Positions 39,389 to 49,634 of a stretch of DNA of 64,000 bases are shown here, piece after piece. Under the pieces are notes generated by a model that worked only from the letters and a program-made list of their open reading frames with translations, did not search any database and was not told where the DNA came from. Source of the stretch: Candidatus Pacebacteria bacterium RIFOXYA1_FULL_38_18 (GTDB taxonomy: Bacteria; Patescibacteriota; Microgenomatia; UBA1400; PJMF01); NCBI GenBank assembly GCA_001787405.1, contig MFWV01000003.1, positions 790 through 64,789 on the forward strand, read 5' to 3'. The position numbers and the translations under genes were made by a program. Each line of letters begins with the position of its first letter. The first letter of the stretch is position 1.

Positions 39389-39904
39389 ATGAAGAATGTT
39401 TTGTTTTTCTTATCAATCGGTGGTTTGATTGCAGGAACTATATTCTTACTGTCTTATATTACCAATCCTCAAATCGAAGATAAATTTGATCCTAAAAAAA
39501 TGGCAGCTTTTTTTCTGGAACAGGTAAAGCCGGCGCAAGTTGGTGAACTGAAAAGTGACACAGAAGTAAATGTGGTTTTAACATCAGCAGCTGAACTAGG
39601 TTATATCCCAAATGATATTGATGCCATTCGGCAAAAATTGGCTGAAAGATTTAGTTTGACAGTAGAACAAGTGCAAATTACTTTGGGAACTGATAGTACG
39701 TCAGAATTTGCCACTGGGCTGGTCAATGTAGGAGAAGGTGATAAAGGTGGAATTTATTTTGCAGCCAAAACGGAGACGGGTTGGGAAATTGCTCATGATG
39801 GAAGAGGAATTCTGGAATGTTCACAGGCAAATAAATATGGTTTTCCGACAGGTTTGATTCCGCGTTGTTTTGATTTGGAAACAGGACTAAATGTGGATCG
39901 ATAG
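39389..39904 (+). CDS. Hypothetical exported protein with Cys pair
   Basis: N-terminal TM; C-terminal ECSQ..PRCFD; 4 bp after dsbA-like gene. Confidence 0.7.
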   Translation: MKNVLFFLSIGGLIAGTIFLLSYITNPQIEDKFDPKKMAAFFLEQVKPAQVGELKSDTEVNVVLTSAAELGYIPNDIDAIRQKLAERFSLTVEQVQITLGTDSTSEFATGLVNVGEGDKGGIYFAAKTETGWEIAHDGRGILECSQANKYGFPTGLIPRCFDLETGLNVDR

Positions 39905-39905
39905 A

Positions 39906-40835
39906 TTAATTTTTCTTTTTTAATCCCTGCCAGCTTCCCCACATCACGGCTAAGTCAGAGGTGATTTGTAAGACGGGTAGCCACCACCAGCTTTGAGGGG
40001 TATAGCGTTTATTTTTCATGATGGACCAGATGATATAGAGCAAAATGAGGCTGGGGAAAAATAAACCAGTAGCTTTGAGAGTGCCTTGGATGATGATCCA
40101 GAACAACAAGCCAAGAAAAATCAAATAACGGATAAAAATTAAGACAACCTTGGGACGAATAATTCCGGCCTGAATATCTCCCAGAGCAAAACGCCTGATC
40201 ATTTTCCAAAACTCAAGCAAGTTTTTTCTAGGCAACCAATAGACGAGAGCTTGTTTTGCAAAGGCAATCGGTTGTTTGGCCTGTTTGATTTTTTGGGCTA
40301 GAGCATAATCTTCATTGTGATCCAATTTTTCATCAAAGTGACCCATTTTTTGCCAGATTTTTCTACTGATCATCATAGAACGACTAGCCGGTAAAAATTG
40401 ATGCGGTCTAACTTTGTCCGGCATGACCAATACATAAGGGACAACGGCTTGTTGAAAACGAGAAGTGGGTAGACCTAAATAATAACCAGCAACAATTTGA
40501 GCTTGATGTTGTTGCTGAGCAATAATTAATTCACTCAACCAGTTTTGATGAGGAATACAACCAGCATCAGTAATAGCTAGCCAGTGATATTTGGCTTGTT
40601 TAATACCCCAATTTCGTCCAACACTACGATTGCCTTTTTTGGTTAGTAATTTTATTTTTTTACCAATTTTTTTATTTTTTTGCCAATGAGTAATTATTTT
40701 TTTTGTGCGGTCAGATGAGCCACCATCCACGATGATAATTTCATTGGGCAATATTACCTGATTGGCGATCCCTTTTAGGAGCCAATCAATGGTTGATTCT
40801 TCATTCAAACAAGTTATAACTAATGAGACTTTCAC
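39906..40835 (-). CDS. Glycosyltransferase family 2 (GTG start 40835)
   Basis: SLVITCLNEE, VDGGSSD, TDAG, NEDY. Confidence 0.92.
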   Translation of the reverse strand: MKVSLVITCLNEESTIDWLLKGIANQVILPNEIIIVDGGSSDRTKKIITHWQKNKKIGKKIKLLTKKGNRSVGRNWGIKQAKYHWLAITDAGCIPHQNWLSELIIAQQQHQAQIVAGYYLGLPTSRFQQAVVPYVLVMPDKVRPHQFLPASRSMMISRKIWQKMGHFDEKLDHNEDYALAQKIKQAKQPIAFAKQALVYWLPRKNLLEFWKMIRRFALGDIQAGIIRPKVVLIFIRYLIFLGLLFWIIIQGTLKATGLFFPSLILLYIIWSIMKNKRYTPQSWWWLPVLQITSDLAVMWGSWQGLKKKN

Positions 40836-40861
40836 AAACGTTATTATAAACTGATTTAAAC

Positions 40862-41866
40862 ATGGCACGAATTTTGATAATTACTCCTTCTTATAGTCCG
40901 CGTTTGGGAGGTGTGGAGAAACATGTCTGGCACACCAGTTTGCAATTGGTAAAGAGCGGATTTTCTGTGAAGATTTTAACTCAGCGGTTTATTAAACTGC
41001 CAGCTCAAGCAGTCAAAAAAGGTATTCCCATTTATCGTTTCTCATTTCCAGAAAAGCGCTTTATTGGTTTGCTGACTATTTGGTGGAAATTGCTGACACA
41101 GTATTTACGGTTGATTTGGCAAGCGGACATTATTCATATTCATGATGTTTTTATTTGGTATTTACCATTGCGATTGGTGTTTTTTTGGAAACCAGTGGTC
41201 ACGACTTTTCATGGTTGGGAAGGAATTTATCCAGTGCCTCTCAAAAATATTTTCATTCGGCAGTTGGCTGTTCGACTTTCAAACAAAACAGTGGCCATTG
41301 GTAAATATTTGGAAAAATATTATCACTTCAAAGCAGATAAAGTTTTGTATGGAGCAGTCAATGCTCCTGTTTCACCTACTAAAAAACAAAAATTATGTGT
41401 CTATGTTGGTCGATTGGATTATGACACTGGCTTGCCGGTGTTGTTGCAAGTTTTACAAGCTGGTGGTTGGTCGGGCAGAGTGGTATTTTGTGGTGATGGA
41501 TTATTGAAAGAACAAGCCAAGGCGGTGGGTGAGGTAAAGGGATTTGTTGATCCTCGTCCATATCTAAAAAAAGCGCAAATAGTTTTTGCTGGTGGTTATT
41601 TGTCTATTTTGGAGGCATTTGCCCATCAGTGTGCAGTAGTTGCTGCCGAAAAAAATCCCTTAAAAAAAGATTATTATTTACGCTCACCCTTTGCCAATTG
41701 GCTGACGGTAGTCAATAGCGCTGATGAATTAAAAAGCTGGCTGATGGTTCGAGAAAAAAATCCCAGATTGATGAATAGTTCAGTTAAACAAGCTTACTCT
41801 TGGGTAAAAAATCAAACTTGGCAGACAATGACAAATCAATACATCAAGCTTTATCGGCAGTTGTGA
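40862..41866 (+). CDS. Glycosyltransferase family 4
   Basis: GGVEKH, DIIHIH, YVGRL, LSILEA. Confidence 0.9.
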   Translation: MARILIITPSYSPRLGGVEKHVWHTSLQLVKSGFSVKILTQRFIKLPAQAVKKGIPIYRFSFPEKRFIGLLTIWWKLLTQYLRLIWQADIIHIHDVFIWYLPLRLVFFWKPVVTTFHGWEGIYPVPLKNIFIRQLAVRLSNKTVAIGKYLEKYYHFKADKVLYGAVNAPVSPTKKQKLCVYVGRLDYDTGLPVLLQVLQAGGWSGRVVFCGDGLLKEQAKAVGEVKGFVDPRPYLKKAQIVFAGGYLSILEAFAHQCAVVAAEKNPLKKDYYLRSPFANWLTVVNSADELKSWLMVREKNPRLMNSSVKQAYSWVKNQTWQTMTNQYIKLYRQL

Positions 41867-41877
41867 TTTTGGAAAGT

Positions 41878-42903
41878 TTAGAGATGTCTTGATTTTTTAC
41901 GTAAAGTTTCAAATAAGTAGGTTAAAGAGTAAAGAGGCGAGGTAGGCAGATCGTGGGCTGGTAAATAAGCTATTTCTTGTCCGCCGAAACCTCGTTTGAA
42001 AATAGAAACTCCAGCAAAACGATGCTGAGTTTCATCTTTGGGAGCTACTCCCCAAAAATTATAAGCAGTGCAACCTCTTTGTTTGGCTTCCAGAATGGCT
42101 CTCCATTGCACAGCGTAGGAACCAGGCAAGCGATCATTGTCTGGTGTGGAGATACCGTAGTGATAAACCGCTTCACGGTTGTAAAACAGTACGTAAGCGG
42201 TGGCCAGTAATTGATCATTTAGATAACTAGAAATAAGAGCGGCCTGATCATCATTGGCAAAAACCTGAAATTGCTCATAAAGAAAATCATAAGTAAAAGG
42301 AATGAAGTGATGTTTCTGAGCCAACTTTAATTGATAGTCAAAGAATTCTTTTATTTTTTCTGGATTTTTGGAAATTTGCGTGAGTATATTTTTTTTCTCC
42401 GCACTGCGCACTTCATAGCGAGTATTTTTACGCATGCCAGCCAGAATTTCTTCATCGGTTTGAGTGAGATCCAATTGAAGAGTTAAGTCCGCAGTCAAAT
42501 GCATTGGTGAAAGTTTGAGACCCAGTTTTTCCAGTTTTTGACGTAATTCTGGAGAATCCAATTCTTGTGGTCGAAAGCGAACAAATAAACATTTTTCTTG
42601 ATTTGCCAAGCTTTTTAAAAAGGAAAATATTTCTGATAACTCTTGATCACTGAGAGTTTGCCAATTGATCAATGGTCCGCCCGCCAGTGATAAATAATTG
42701 CCTCTTTTGGCTGTTTCTTTGACGATCATGAGTGATCCCACTGTTTCCGTTTGATTCATTACAAAAAAACGAAAGACAGTTTTGCCCAATTTATTTTGAA
42801 AAGTTCCCCAATTCCAAGATTGTAAAAAATTTGCTTCAGGTCTCGTGGCAAGATAAGTTTCCCAAGTTTGTTTGTCCTCAATAGTATTAAATGAAAATGA
42901 CAT
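41878..42903 (-). CDS. FemAB/FemX-family tRNA-dependent aminoacyl transferase
   Basis: NFLQSWNW, KNTRY.VR, YNFWG, FKRGFGG. Confidence 0.9.
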   Translation of the reverse strand: MSFSFNTIEDKQTWETYLATRPEANFLQSWNWGTFQNKLGKTVFRFFVMNQTETVGSLMIVKETAKRGNYLSLAGGPLINWQTLSDQELSEIFSFLKSLANQEKCLFVRFRPQELDSPELRQKLEKLGLKLSPMHLTADLTLQLDLTQTDEEILAGMRKNTRYEVRSAEKKNILTQISKNPEKIKEFFDYQLKLAQKHHFIPFTYDFLYEQFQVFANDDQAALISSYLNDQLLATAYVLFYNREAVYHYGISTPDNDRLPGSYAVQWRAILEAKQRGCTAYNFWGVAPKDETQHRFAGVSIFKRGFGGQEIAYLPAHDLPTSPLYSLTYLFETLRKKSRHL

Positions 42904-42913
42904 TTTATTTTTT

Positions 42914-44164
42914 TTATTTTTTAAAATATTTTTTAATTAAATTGGTAATTTTTTGGGCTTGGGCAATAGTAATTTTGGGGTGAGTGGGTAGATTAATAAT
43001 AGTGTCAGCCAGTTGTTCTGCTTGTGGACAGGACTTGGATTCATAATTGGTAGCACAATTTAGTTTGCCACAATCAACGGGTGAGCGATACCAGCGATCA
43101 GTGAGATGAACTTGGTGGCGTTTGAGAAAATGGAGCAATTTTTTGGGGTGATCAGTAGTGGCAGCCCATCTTAGTAATGAGGCGTGATCGAGGGTTTCAG
43201 CTCGAGTGAGAGGGTGTAGGGGTATATTGGTCAGATTTTTTAGATAAAAGATGGCAATTTTTTGACGATGAAAGCGAGTTTGATCAAGATTTTTTAATTG
43301 TAGTAATGCAAGTTGAGCTAGACTATTGGGTAAAGTAGTTGCTTGGGTGGTTGGTGATTGGGTGGGATTATTCATCAAACCCAAAAGAGTCAGGCTTTTG
43401 TGAATAATTTTTCCCAAACCTATGGAATAAGTAGCGCGAATCAACCAGGTGAAAAAGGGATAGGTTAGGTCTTTGAGCACCATGGCGGTGGGTGGAAAAT
43501 CGAGGGTGGGTGGAGTGAGTGATGAGTTGCGGAAGATAACGGCGCCACCGCTGACGGCGTCGATTACTTTGTCACGACCAAAAGACAAGACAATGGTATC
43601 GGCTAGACTTCCGAGTGGTTTGCTTGAGCTTCCGCCGTCCAAAGCGGTGGCGCCATAACTTTGTGCCAAGTCTTCGATCAAAACTAATTGATGTTTGTCA
43701 CACCAATCTTTGATTTTGGTAATCTCTGCCGGATGGCCCAAAGAATGTTGTACGATGACGGCTCGTACTTGTTGGGGGTGTTGATGATAAAGTTCATAGG
43801 CTTGTTGAAGAGTCTCGACCGTCAGATTTAGCTGACCTTTACCTACATCTGTATAACCAGGTTTGGCTCTGGCTCTGAGAATGCCCTCTTCTATGGCATA
43901 ACAAGCAAAAGCCTGAGTCAGAATAACATCACTTGATTTGGTAAAACCATGAGTGATGAGGGCTACTTGAATAGCATCGCGACCTTTGTAAGTGAGAATT
44001 ACTTGTCCACCAAATTTTTTGATTAACTGATTTTCCAACTGCTTGCTTGCAGTGGTTGAAGGCTTATTTGTCAAAAGCGAACCGATCAGAGTTTGCCAAA
44101 ACAAACGGATGCTAAGCAACACAAAACGGAAGGAATAATGAGCGCCCAAACTTGCACTAATCAT
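42914..44164 (-). CDS. DegT/DnrJ/EryC1/StrS PLP aminotransferase
   Basis: LIEDLAQSYG, SFGRDK, GGA, INLPTHP. Confidence 0.88.
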   Translation of the reverse strand: MISASLGAHYSFRFVLLSIRLFWQTLIGSLLTNKPSTTASKQLENQLIKKFGGQVILTYKGRDAIQVALITHGFTKSSDVILTQAFACYAIEEGILRARAKPGYTDVGKGQLNLTVETLQQAYELYHQHPQQVRAVIVQHSLGHPAEITKIKDWCDKHQLVLIEDLAQSYGATALDGGSSSKPLGSLADTIVLSFGRDKVIDAVSGGAVIFRNSSLTPPTLDFPPTAMVLKDLTYPFFTWLIRATYSIGLGKIIHKSLTLLGLMNNPTQSPTTQATTLPNSLAQLALLQLKNLDQTRFHRQKIAIFYLKNLTNIPLHPLTRAETLDHASLLRWAATTDHPKKLLHFLKRHQVHLTDRWYRSPVDCGKLNCATNYESKSCPQAEQLADTIINLPTHPKITIAQAQKITNLIKKYFKK

Positions 44165-45614
44165 ATGTTCTTGCCAATAATTTTTGTAACCAAATATGAA
44201 TGTGTCCTTCTATCAAAAGCACGTCTTCTTCATTTAGTTTTTGCAATGTCAAACGGATATTTTCGGTTTTGTTAGTCATATTTGGGCCGAATACTTCACG
44301 GAAAATATGTAGGCCGTCTATACCAGTGTAGAGCACTAGATCAGTTATTTTTTTGGCTGCTTGCGCAAGTTTTAGATGGATTTCGTCTGATTGATTGCCC
44401 AAATCAATGATGCCACTGGTCAGCAATAGAGTATTTTTACCCTGTTTTTTAAAATACTCCAATAATTCTAGCGCTCCCAAAAAACCCTCTGGATTACTAG
44501 TTTTGCTGTCGTTGATAATGGTGAAGCCTTGCTGATGTTGGTAGACTCGGAGAAAATTTTCGGTAGGCAAAAACTGAGTCAATCCCAGGTGAATTTTGGC
44601 TGTGGGCACTTGAAGAAACTCAGCCACTGCGATGGCTGCTTGAATGGCTTTCGTGGCGTAGAGCATTGATAAATGAGTCTGTACGGTTTTATTTTTCCAG
44701 CTAAATTGCAGCTTACCATTGTCATTTAGTTTTACTTTGGTAAGTGAGATCACTGACTTGGGTCCGGTATAAGCCACGGCCTTTTTGCTGGGGTCTTGTT
44801 CACAAACTTTATGAGTTAATTCGTCACTGCCATTATAAAAAACTTGACCGGTAAGCTTGGTAGCTTTGACCAACTCTCCTTTGGCTTTGATAATATTTTC
44901 TAGACTGCCAAATAGAGCTAAATGTTGATGAGTGACACCAGTGATGATGCTCAGTTCTGGTGGAAACCAATGTGCCAAACGACGAATCTCTCCTTTTTTA
45001 TAAGCAGCAAACTCCAAAAAAAGAATCTCCTCTCCTTGGTAGTGACGTAAAATAGCCCAAGCTACCGAAAGAGGCGTGTTGTGTGATTTGATGGGTGTAA
45101 AGACCGTAAATTGTTTGGAGAGAACGTGAGTTACTAAGTGTCTGGTGGTAGTTTTTCCGTAACTGCCGGTAATGCCAATGATTTTGGGTTTGGAAAAAGA
45201 AACTTTTCTTTGAGCTAAAAACAACATCACCAAACTCAAACTAGATTTGAAAATCTCGGTAATAAAACTAATCAATCCTGGAAAAAGAGGGACGAGCAAA
45301 TAAGCAGTAATCGGCAACCACCAGAAATTAAACAAATAAGCCACAGTAAGAACATAGCCCATTAATACCAAACTTAAAAAACCAGTGATGATGGCTCGGA
45401 TAGTAAGGACTGGCCGTTTGAGTCCAGTACGAGTAAAGTCGGTTTTTTGTGGAAGAACTCGCAATAATTCATGCAAACCCTCTTCCGAAAGTAAGAATTG
45501 CCATAAACGATCTGCACGATATTCTTTTTGTTGATTCCAAGCCAGCCAGCGCAATAGCCTGATCAAAATCAAAGGCAAAAAAATGATAATGATAAAGATG
45601 ACGAAGATTGACAT
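44157..45614 (-). CDS. Mur ligase (MurF-like) with N-terminal membrane segments
   Basis: IGITGSYGKTTT, HNTP, QHLALFGS, IINDS..SNPEG. Confidence 0.85.
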   Translation of the reverse strand: MSIFVIFIIIIFLPLILIRLLRWLAWNQQKEYRADRLWQFLLSEEGLHELLRVLPQKTDFTRTGLKRPVLTIRAIITGFLSLVLMGYVLTVAYLFNFWWLPITAYLLVPLFPGLISFITEIFKSSLSLVMLFLAQRKVSFSKPKIIGITGSYGKTTTRHLVTHVLSKQFTVFTPIKSHNTPLSVAWAILRHYQGEEILFLEFAAYKKGEIRRLAHWFPPELSIITGVTHQHLALFGSLENIIKAKGELVKATKLTGQVFYNGSDELTHKVCEQDPSKKAVAYTGPKSVISLTKVKLNDNGKLQFSWKNKTVQTHLSMLYATKAIQAAIAVAEFLQVPTAKIHLGLTQFLPTENFLRVYQHQQGFTIINDSKTSNPEGFLGALELLEYFKKQGKNTLLLTSGIIDLGNQSDEIHLKLAQAAKKITDLVLYTGIDGLHIFREVFGPNMTNKTENIRLTLQKLNEEDVLLIEGHIHIWLQKLLARTYD

Positions 45615-45616
45615 TT

Positions 45617-46339
45617 TTAATTATTTTTAATAAATTTTTCTACTAAATCTACTACTGCTTCAGGATGAGTATAGACTGCCGAGTGACGGGCGTTTGGTAA
45701 TATTTTCAATTGAGCCTGAGGAATAGTTTGAGCGATTTTGCGACCAAGAGCCAAAGGAGTAACCCGATCAGCCTCTCCCCAAATGACCAGCGTGGGAATT
45801 TTGAGTTGTGGTAAATCAGTTTTAATTTCATCAGCCAGGATATTTCTCATGGTTGCTTGTTGGGTAGGGGAAGCTTCGTAATAATCTGTTTCTCTGGCAA
45901 AGCGATAAAGCAAGCGACGCAAAGTCGGAGATTTAGTCAGGGTTTTACCAGCTTTGGCTAAAGTTCTAAAAACTAAACGTTTAATTACTTTGGTAAAAGC
46001 CGGATCAATAATGCCTGAATTATCCACCAAAATTAATCCTCTTACCTTGTTTGAATTTAATCTAGCAAATCTGATGGCCAATTGACCGCCAAACGAATGA
46101 CCGAGTAAGAAAAATGAATCTAGAGTTTTGGTTTTATTTTCCAACCACGCTACATAGTCTGACAAAGTGAGGGGTTTTTCTGGTGCTTGAGCTAGACCCG
46201 GTAATGGCCAGAAATGTACTTTCAAGCCAGTTTTTTTGAGAAGTTCCAAGATGGGTTGCCACTTGGTGACAACGTTGTGATCCAAAGTCCAACCATGCAA
46301 GACAACCAAATGACGAATTTCTGTTTTAAGTTTGACCAT
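45617..46339 (-). CDS. Alpha/beta hydrolase
   Basis: LHGW, GHSFGG, IWGEAD, RH. Confidence 0.9.
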   Translation of the reverse strand: MVKLKTEIRHLVVLHGWTLDHNVVTKWQPILELLKKTGLKVHFWPLPGLAQAPEKPLTLSDYVAWLENKTKTLDSFFLLGHSFGGQLAIRFARLNSNKVRGLILVDNSGIIDPAFTKVIKRLVFRTLAKAGKTLTKSPTLRRLLYRFARETDYYEASPTQQATMRNILADEIKTDLPQLKIPTLVIWGEADRVTPLALGRKIAQTIPQAQLKILPNARHSAVYTHPEAVVDLVEKFIKNN

Positions 46340-46390
46340 AAGTCTTTCTGGAAGTTTATTATATGATAAAAGAGCTTGATCTGACAGCTT

Positions 46391-47761
46391 ATGAAACAAC
46401 AGATGCCCAAAATTCTCAAATATTTTTTACTAATAGGAGCCGCGCTCGCTGTGTTGCTGTTCACCGCCCTGATAGCAACTTTTTGTGGCCTACGACAATT
46501 TACCAGAGGGAATGTCGCTCGCGCCCACACCCTCTTTCGTTTAGCCACTCCAATCAGCTGGACTGCTTCTCGTCTGAGTTTTCGCTCGGTCGAGACCTTG
46601 GAAGTTTGGTACGCCCTGAATTTATTATTTACCCAGGGGGGTAAATACTTGGTTTTATTACAAAACTCTGATGAAATCAGAGCCACTGGTGGTTTTATTG
46701 GTTCTTATGCGGTTTTGGATTTGGATAGTGCTGAACCTTTGCGTTTGGAGATTCGTGATATGTACGATCCCAGTGGCATTAGTCAAACCTTGCCTTCACC
46801 GCCAGGTCAAGCTGAATATTTGAGCGAAGGCAGGGGCATGAAACTAATTGACGCCAATTGGAACCCAGATTTTCCCACTTCTGCCAAACAGATTTTGCAA
46901 TATTTTGCGGTTATTCCTGATGATCCGCAAACATTTACTGGAGTGATTGCTTTACCACTGACCACCATAGAAAGTTTGATTAATAGTCTGGGAGGAGTTT
47001 ATCTAGTAGATCAACAGCAGATGATCAATGGTGATGATTTGGCTACCGTTATTCGTCAAGATCGTGAGCAGTTTTTTGCCGGTAGTAAGGAGAAGGCTCA
47101 ATCATTGCAAGCTCTTTACACTGCTTTGAAACTAAGCTTGAATCAATTGTCTTTAATCGAAAGTTGGCAATTATGGCAGAGCATGCAACAAGCCAAGTTT
47201 TGGCAAGAAATTCAAGTTTTTGCTCAAACTGCCAAACTCCAAAATGCTCTGGATAGTGCTCAGCTGACTGGTGCCTTGATGAATTATCAGCCTCAAGACG
47301 TATTTGTTTTTCCAGTAGAATCAAATGTGGGTATCAATAAGGCCAATCGCAAAGTTAGTAGACACCTAACAGCTAGGCTGAAAGATCAACAACTTATCTT
47401 GACCACTAAGTTTCAGAATGATTTCACAAAGACCGAGCGCCCTGTTTTGTCAGCAGATTCTGATTATGCGGTAGCGCCTCATTTGGCCTATGTAAATTAT
47501 TATCGATTGCTGACCAGACCGGACATGAAAGTAGAGCAAATCAAGATCAATGGGGAGCCGGTTGCAACTTGGGATGATACGGAAATTACCAGCGCAGCAG
47601 GGTTGGTTTATCGGCAGATTGGTTTTTTGGTAGTAGTCTTGGAACAAAAGCAAACAGAGGTGCAAATTGAGTTTAGTGTTCCAGTTATCAGCAAGCCTCG
47701 TTTGATTATTCCGCGTCAAGTTGGTTTGCGCTATACCTCTATCACTGACAGTATAGAATAG
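46391..47761 (+). CDS. DUF4012-like membrane-anchored protein
   Basis: [38 protein letters not shown]. Confidence 0.8.
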   Translation: MKQQMPKILKYFLLIGAALAVLLFTALIATFCGLRQFTRGNVARAHTLFRLATPISWTASRLSFRSVETLEVWYALNLLFTQGGKYLVLLQNSDEIRATGGFIGSYAVLDLDSAEPLRLEIRDMYDPSGISQTLPSPPGQAEYLSEGRGMKLIDANWNPDFPTSAKQILQYFAVIPDDPQTFTGVIALPLTTIESLINSLGGVYLVDQQQMINGDDLATVIRQDREQFFAGSKEKAQSLQALYTALKLSLNQLSLIESWQLWQSMQQAKFWQEIQVFAQTAKLQNALDSAQLTGALMNYQPQDVFVFPVESNVGINKANRKVSRHLTARLKDQQLILTTKFQNDFTKTERPVLSADSDYAVAPHLAYVNYYRLLTRPDMKVEQIKINGEPVATWDDTEITSAAGLVYRQIGFLVVVLEQKQTEVQIEFSVPVISKPRLIIPRQVGLRYTSITDSIE

Positions 47762-47765
47762 GGAA

Positions 47766-48854
47766 GTGATGACGATTACTATTGATCAAATTCAAAAATT
47801 ACTAGATCAGGCTCAATCATTTTTAAAGACTACTGATCAAAAAATTTGGCAAGATGAGCTGGCTACTTTGGAACAAGAATCGGCCAAACCTGGTTTTTGG
47901 GATCAGTCTGAAGCTCAAACCAAGATTCAGCGCCTGGCTTGGTTGCGTCATAAATTAGATTCCCTCGCGGAGCTGGAAAAGTTGCTCAATGATCTGCAGG
48001 CTTTTACTAATTTGACGACGGAAGAGCAAACGGCTTTTGCCGAGGAAACAGATAAAAATTATTGGCGATTGGATAAACTGCTCTCCAAACTAAAGCTGGA
48101 AAAATATTTGAGCGGTAAATACGATAGCGCTTCTGCCCTGTTATCAATTCATCCTGGTCAAGGAGGCACAGAAGCCATGGATTGGGCCGAGATACTTTCT
48201 AGAATGTATGCCAGATATTTTGAGAGAACTGCTTGGAAATATTCGCTTGTTTCGGAAATAAAAGGTGAAGAAGCTGGCATCAAGGAAGTAGTTTATGAAG
48301 TTCAAGCTCCTTATGCATATGGTTATCTAAAACAAGAACAGGGTACCCATCGCCTAGTGCGTCTCAGTCCTTTCAATGCCGATAATTTACGTCAAACCTC
48401 ATTTGCCCTGGTAGAAGTGGCGCCTTTGCTAGAAGATACTGATGAGATTGAGTTGAAAGAAACTGATTTGGAATGGCACTTCACTCGTTCTGGAGGAGCT
48501 GGCGGTCAAAACGTGAATAAAGTAAATACGGCAGTTGAGCTCAAACACTTACCCAGTGGCATAACTATCCGTTGTCGTGAAGAAAGAAGCCAGGCTCAAA
48601 ATCGTCAGAAAGCTCTCAAAATGCTCAAATCACGTTTAGCCATCCAGGCAGAAACAGAGCAACAACAAGCATTGACCAAAGAAAAAGGCGAACACACCAA
48701 TGCCAGTTGGGGAACTCAAATTAGAAACTATGTTTTACATCCCTATCAACTAGTCAAAGACACTCGCACCAAAGTAGAAACCACTGACTCAGCAGGAGTA
48801 TTGGATGGTGAACTGGATCAGTTTATTGTGGAAGAAATTAAATTAAATAAGTAA
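47766..48854 (+). CDS. prfB: Peptide chain release factor 2
   Basis: SPF recognition motif, [16 protein letters not shown]. Confidence 0.97.
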   Translation: MMTITIDQIQKLLDQAQSFLKTTDQKIWQDELATLEQESAKPGFWDQSEAQTKIQRLAWLRHKLDSLAELEKLLNDLQAFTNLTTEEQTAFAEETDKNYWRLDKLLSKLKLEKYLSGKYDSASALLSIHPGQGGTEAMDWAEILSRMYARYFERTAWKYSLVSEIKGEEAGIKEVVYEVQAPYAYGYLKQEQGTHRLVRLSPFNADNLRQTSFALVEVAPLLEDTDEIELKETDLEWHFTRSGGAGGQNVNKVNTAVELKHLPSGITIRCREERSQAQNRQKALKMLKSRLAIQAETEQQQALTKEKGEHTNASWGTQIRNYVLHPYQLVKDTRTKVETTDSAGVLDGELDQFIVEEIKLNK

Positions 48855-48909
48855 ACTCAAAAGTTATTTTTACTATTCACTATTGGCTTAATATTGTATG
48901 ATTAAAAAC

Positions 48910-49572
48910 ATGTCAGATAAGCCCACCCGCATTCGTACCGAAAATCTAGATGATTCAGCTAGTTCAATCAAACAAGCAAGCTCAACGCCTCAGTCAGTTT
49001 CCACTAATCAGCCGGTTGACGATCAACAATCAACCAGGCACAATCAACCAGTTAATAAAACCGTAAAAATGTCGTCTCTAGATTTGGAAAAAGAGACCAA
49101 ACAAAAAACAACCAAAAAGACAGGAACACCTATGACTACCAAACAGCGCAGAACTTTTTTAATTTTGGGAGCCGTAGCGATCGTAGCTGGTTTGGCTACT
49201 GGCTATGGAGCCTTTCGTTTACAGTTAAAATCCAATGGAGAATCTCCTGCTGCCAATCAACAAGTAGCCGGTGAAATAATCAATAATGGCGATGTCTTTG
49301 GTATAAAAGACGATCAAACTTTCAAAGATAGTGCAGAAGGATATCTGGAAAAAGGCGGGATAGATGGCGAAGGTTCTCATAGCTTGTTGCGTGAAGGAGG
49401 AGAAAGCCAGACCGTTTATTTAACTTCCTCCATTACTGATTTGGATAAATTGGTGGGTATGAAGGTGAAAGTTTGGGGTGAAACCTTCAAAAGTCAAACA
49501 GCTGGTTGGCTCATGGATGTAGGCCGGGTGCAAGTGATTGAAAAAGAGGCTACTCCACCAGTGGAAGATTAA
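48910..49572 (+). CDS. Hypothetical single-TM protein with OB-fold-like C-terminus
   Basis: Disordered N-terminus, TM, LVGMKVKVWG. Confidence 0.7.
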   Translation: MSDKPTRIRTENLDDSASSIKQASSTPQSVSTNQPVDDQQSTRHNQPVNKTVKMSSLDLEKETKQKTTKKTGTPMTTKQRRTFLILGAVAIVAGLATGYGAFRLQLKSNGESPAANQQVAGEIINNGDVFGIKDDQTFKDSAEGYLEKGGIDGEGSHSLLREGGESQTVYLTSSITDLDKLVGMKVKVWGETFKSQTAGWLMDVGRVQVIEKEATPPVED

Positions 49573-49634
49573 GTTTGCTTTATTTTTTCAACTAGTTAAA
49601 CACTTTCTCATTCTGTTATTATGGAGTTCTAATC

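Noticed and set aside
47766-47860. prfB lacks the programmed +1 frameshift
   Set aside because: The ORF is continuous; frameshift-free prfB occurs in many lineages. RF2 presence also argues against UGA recoding.
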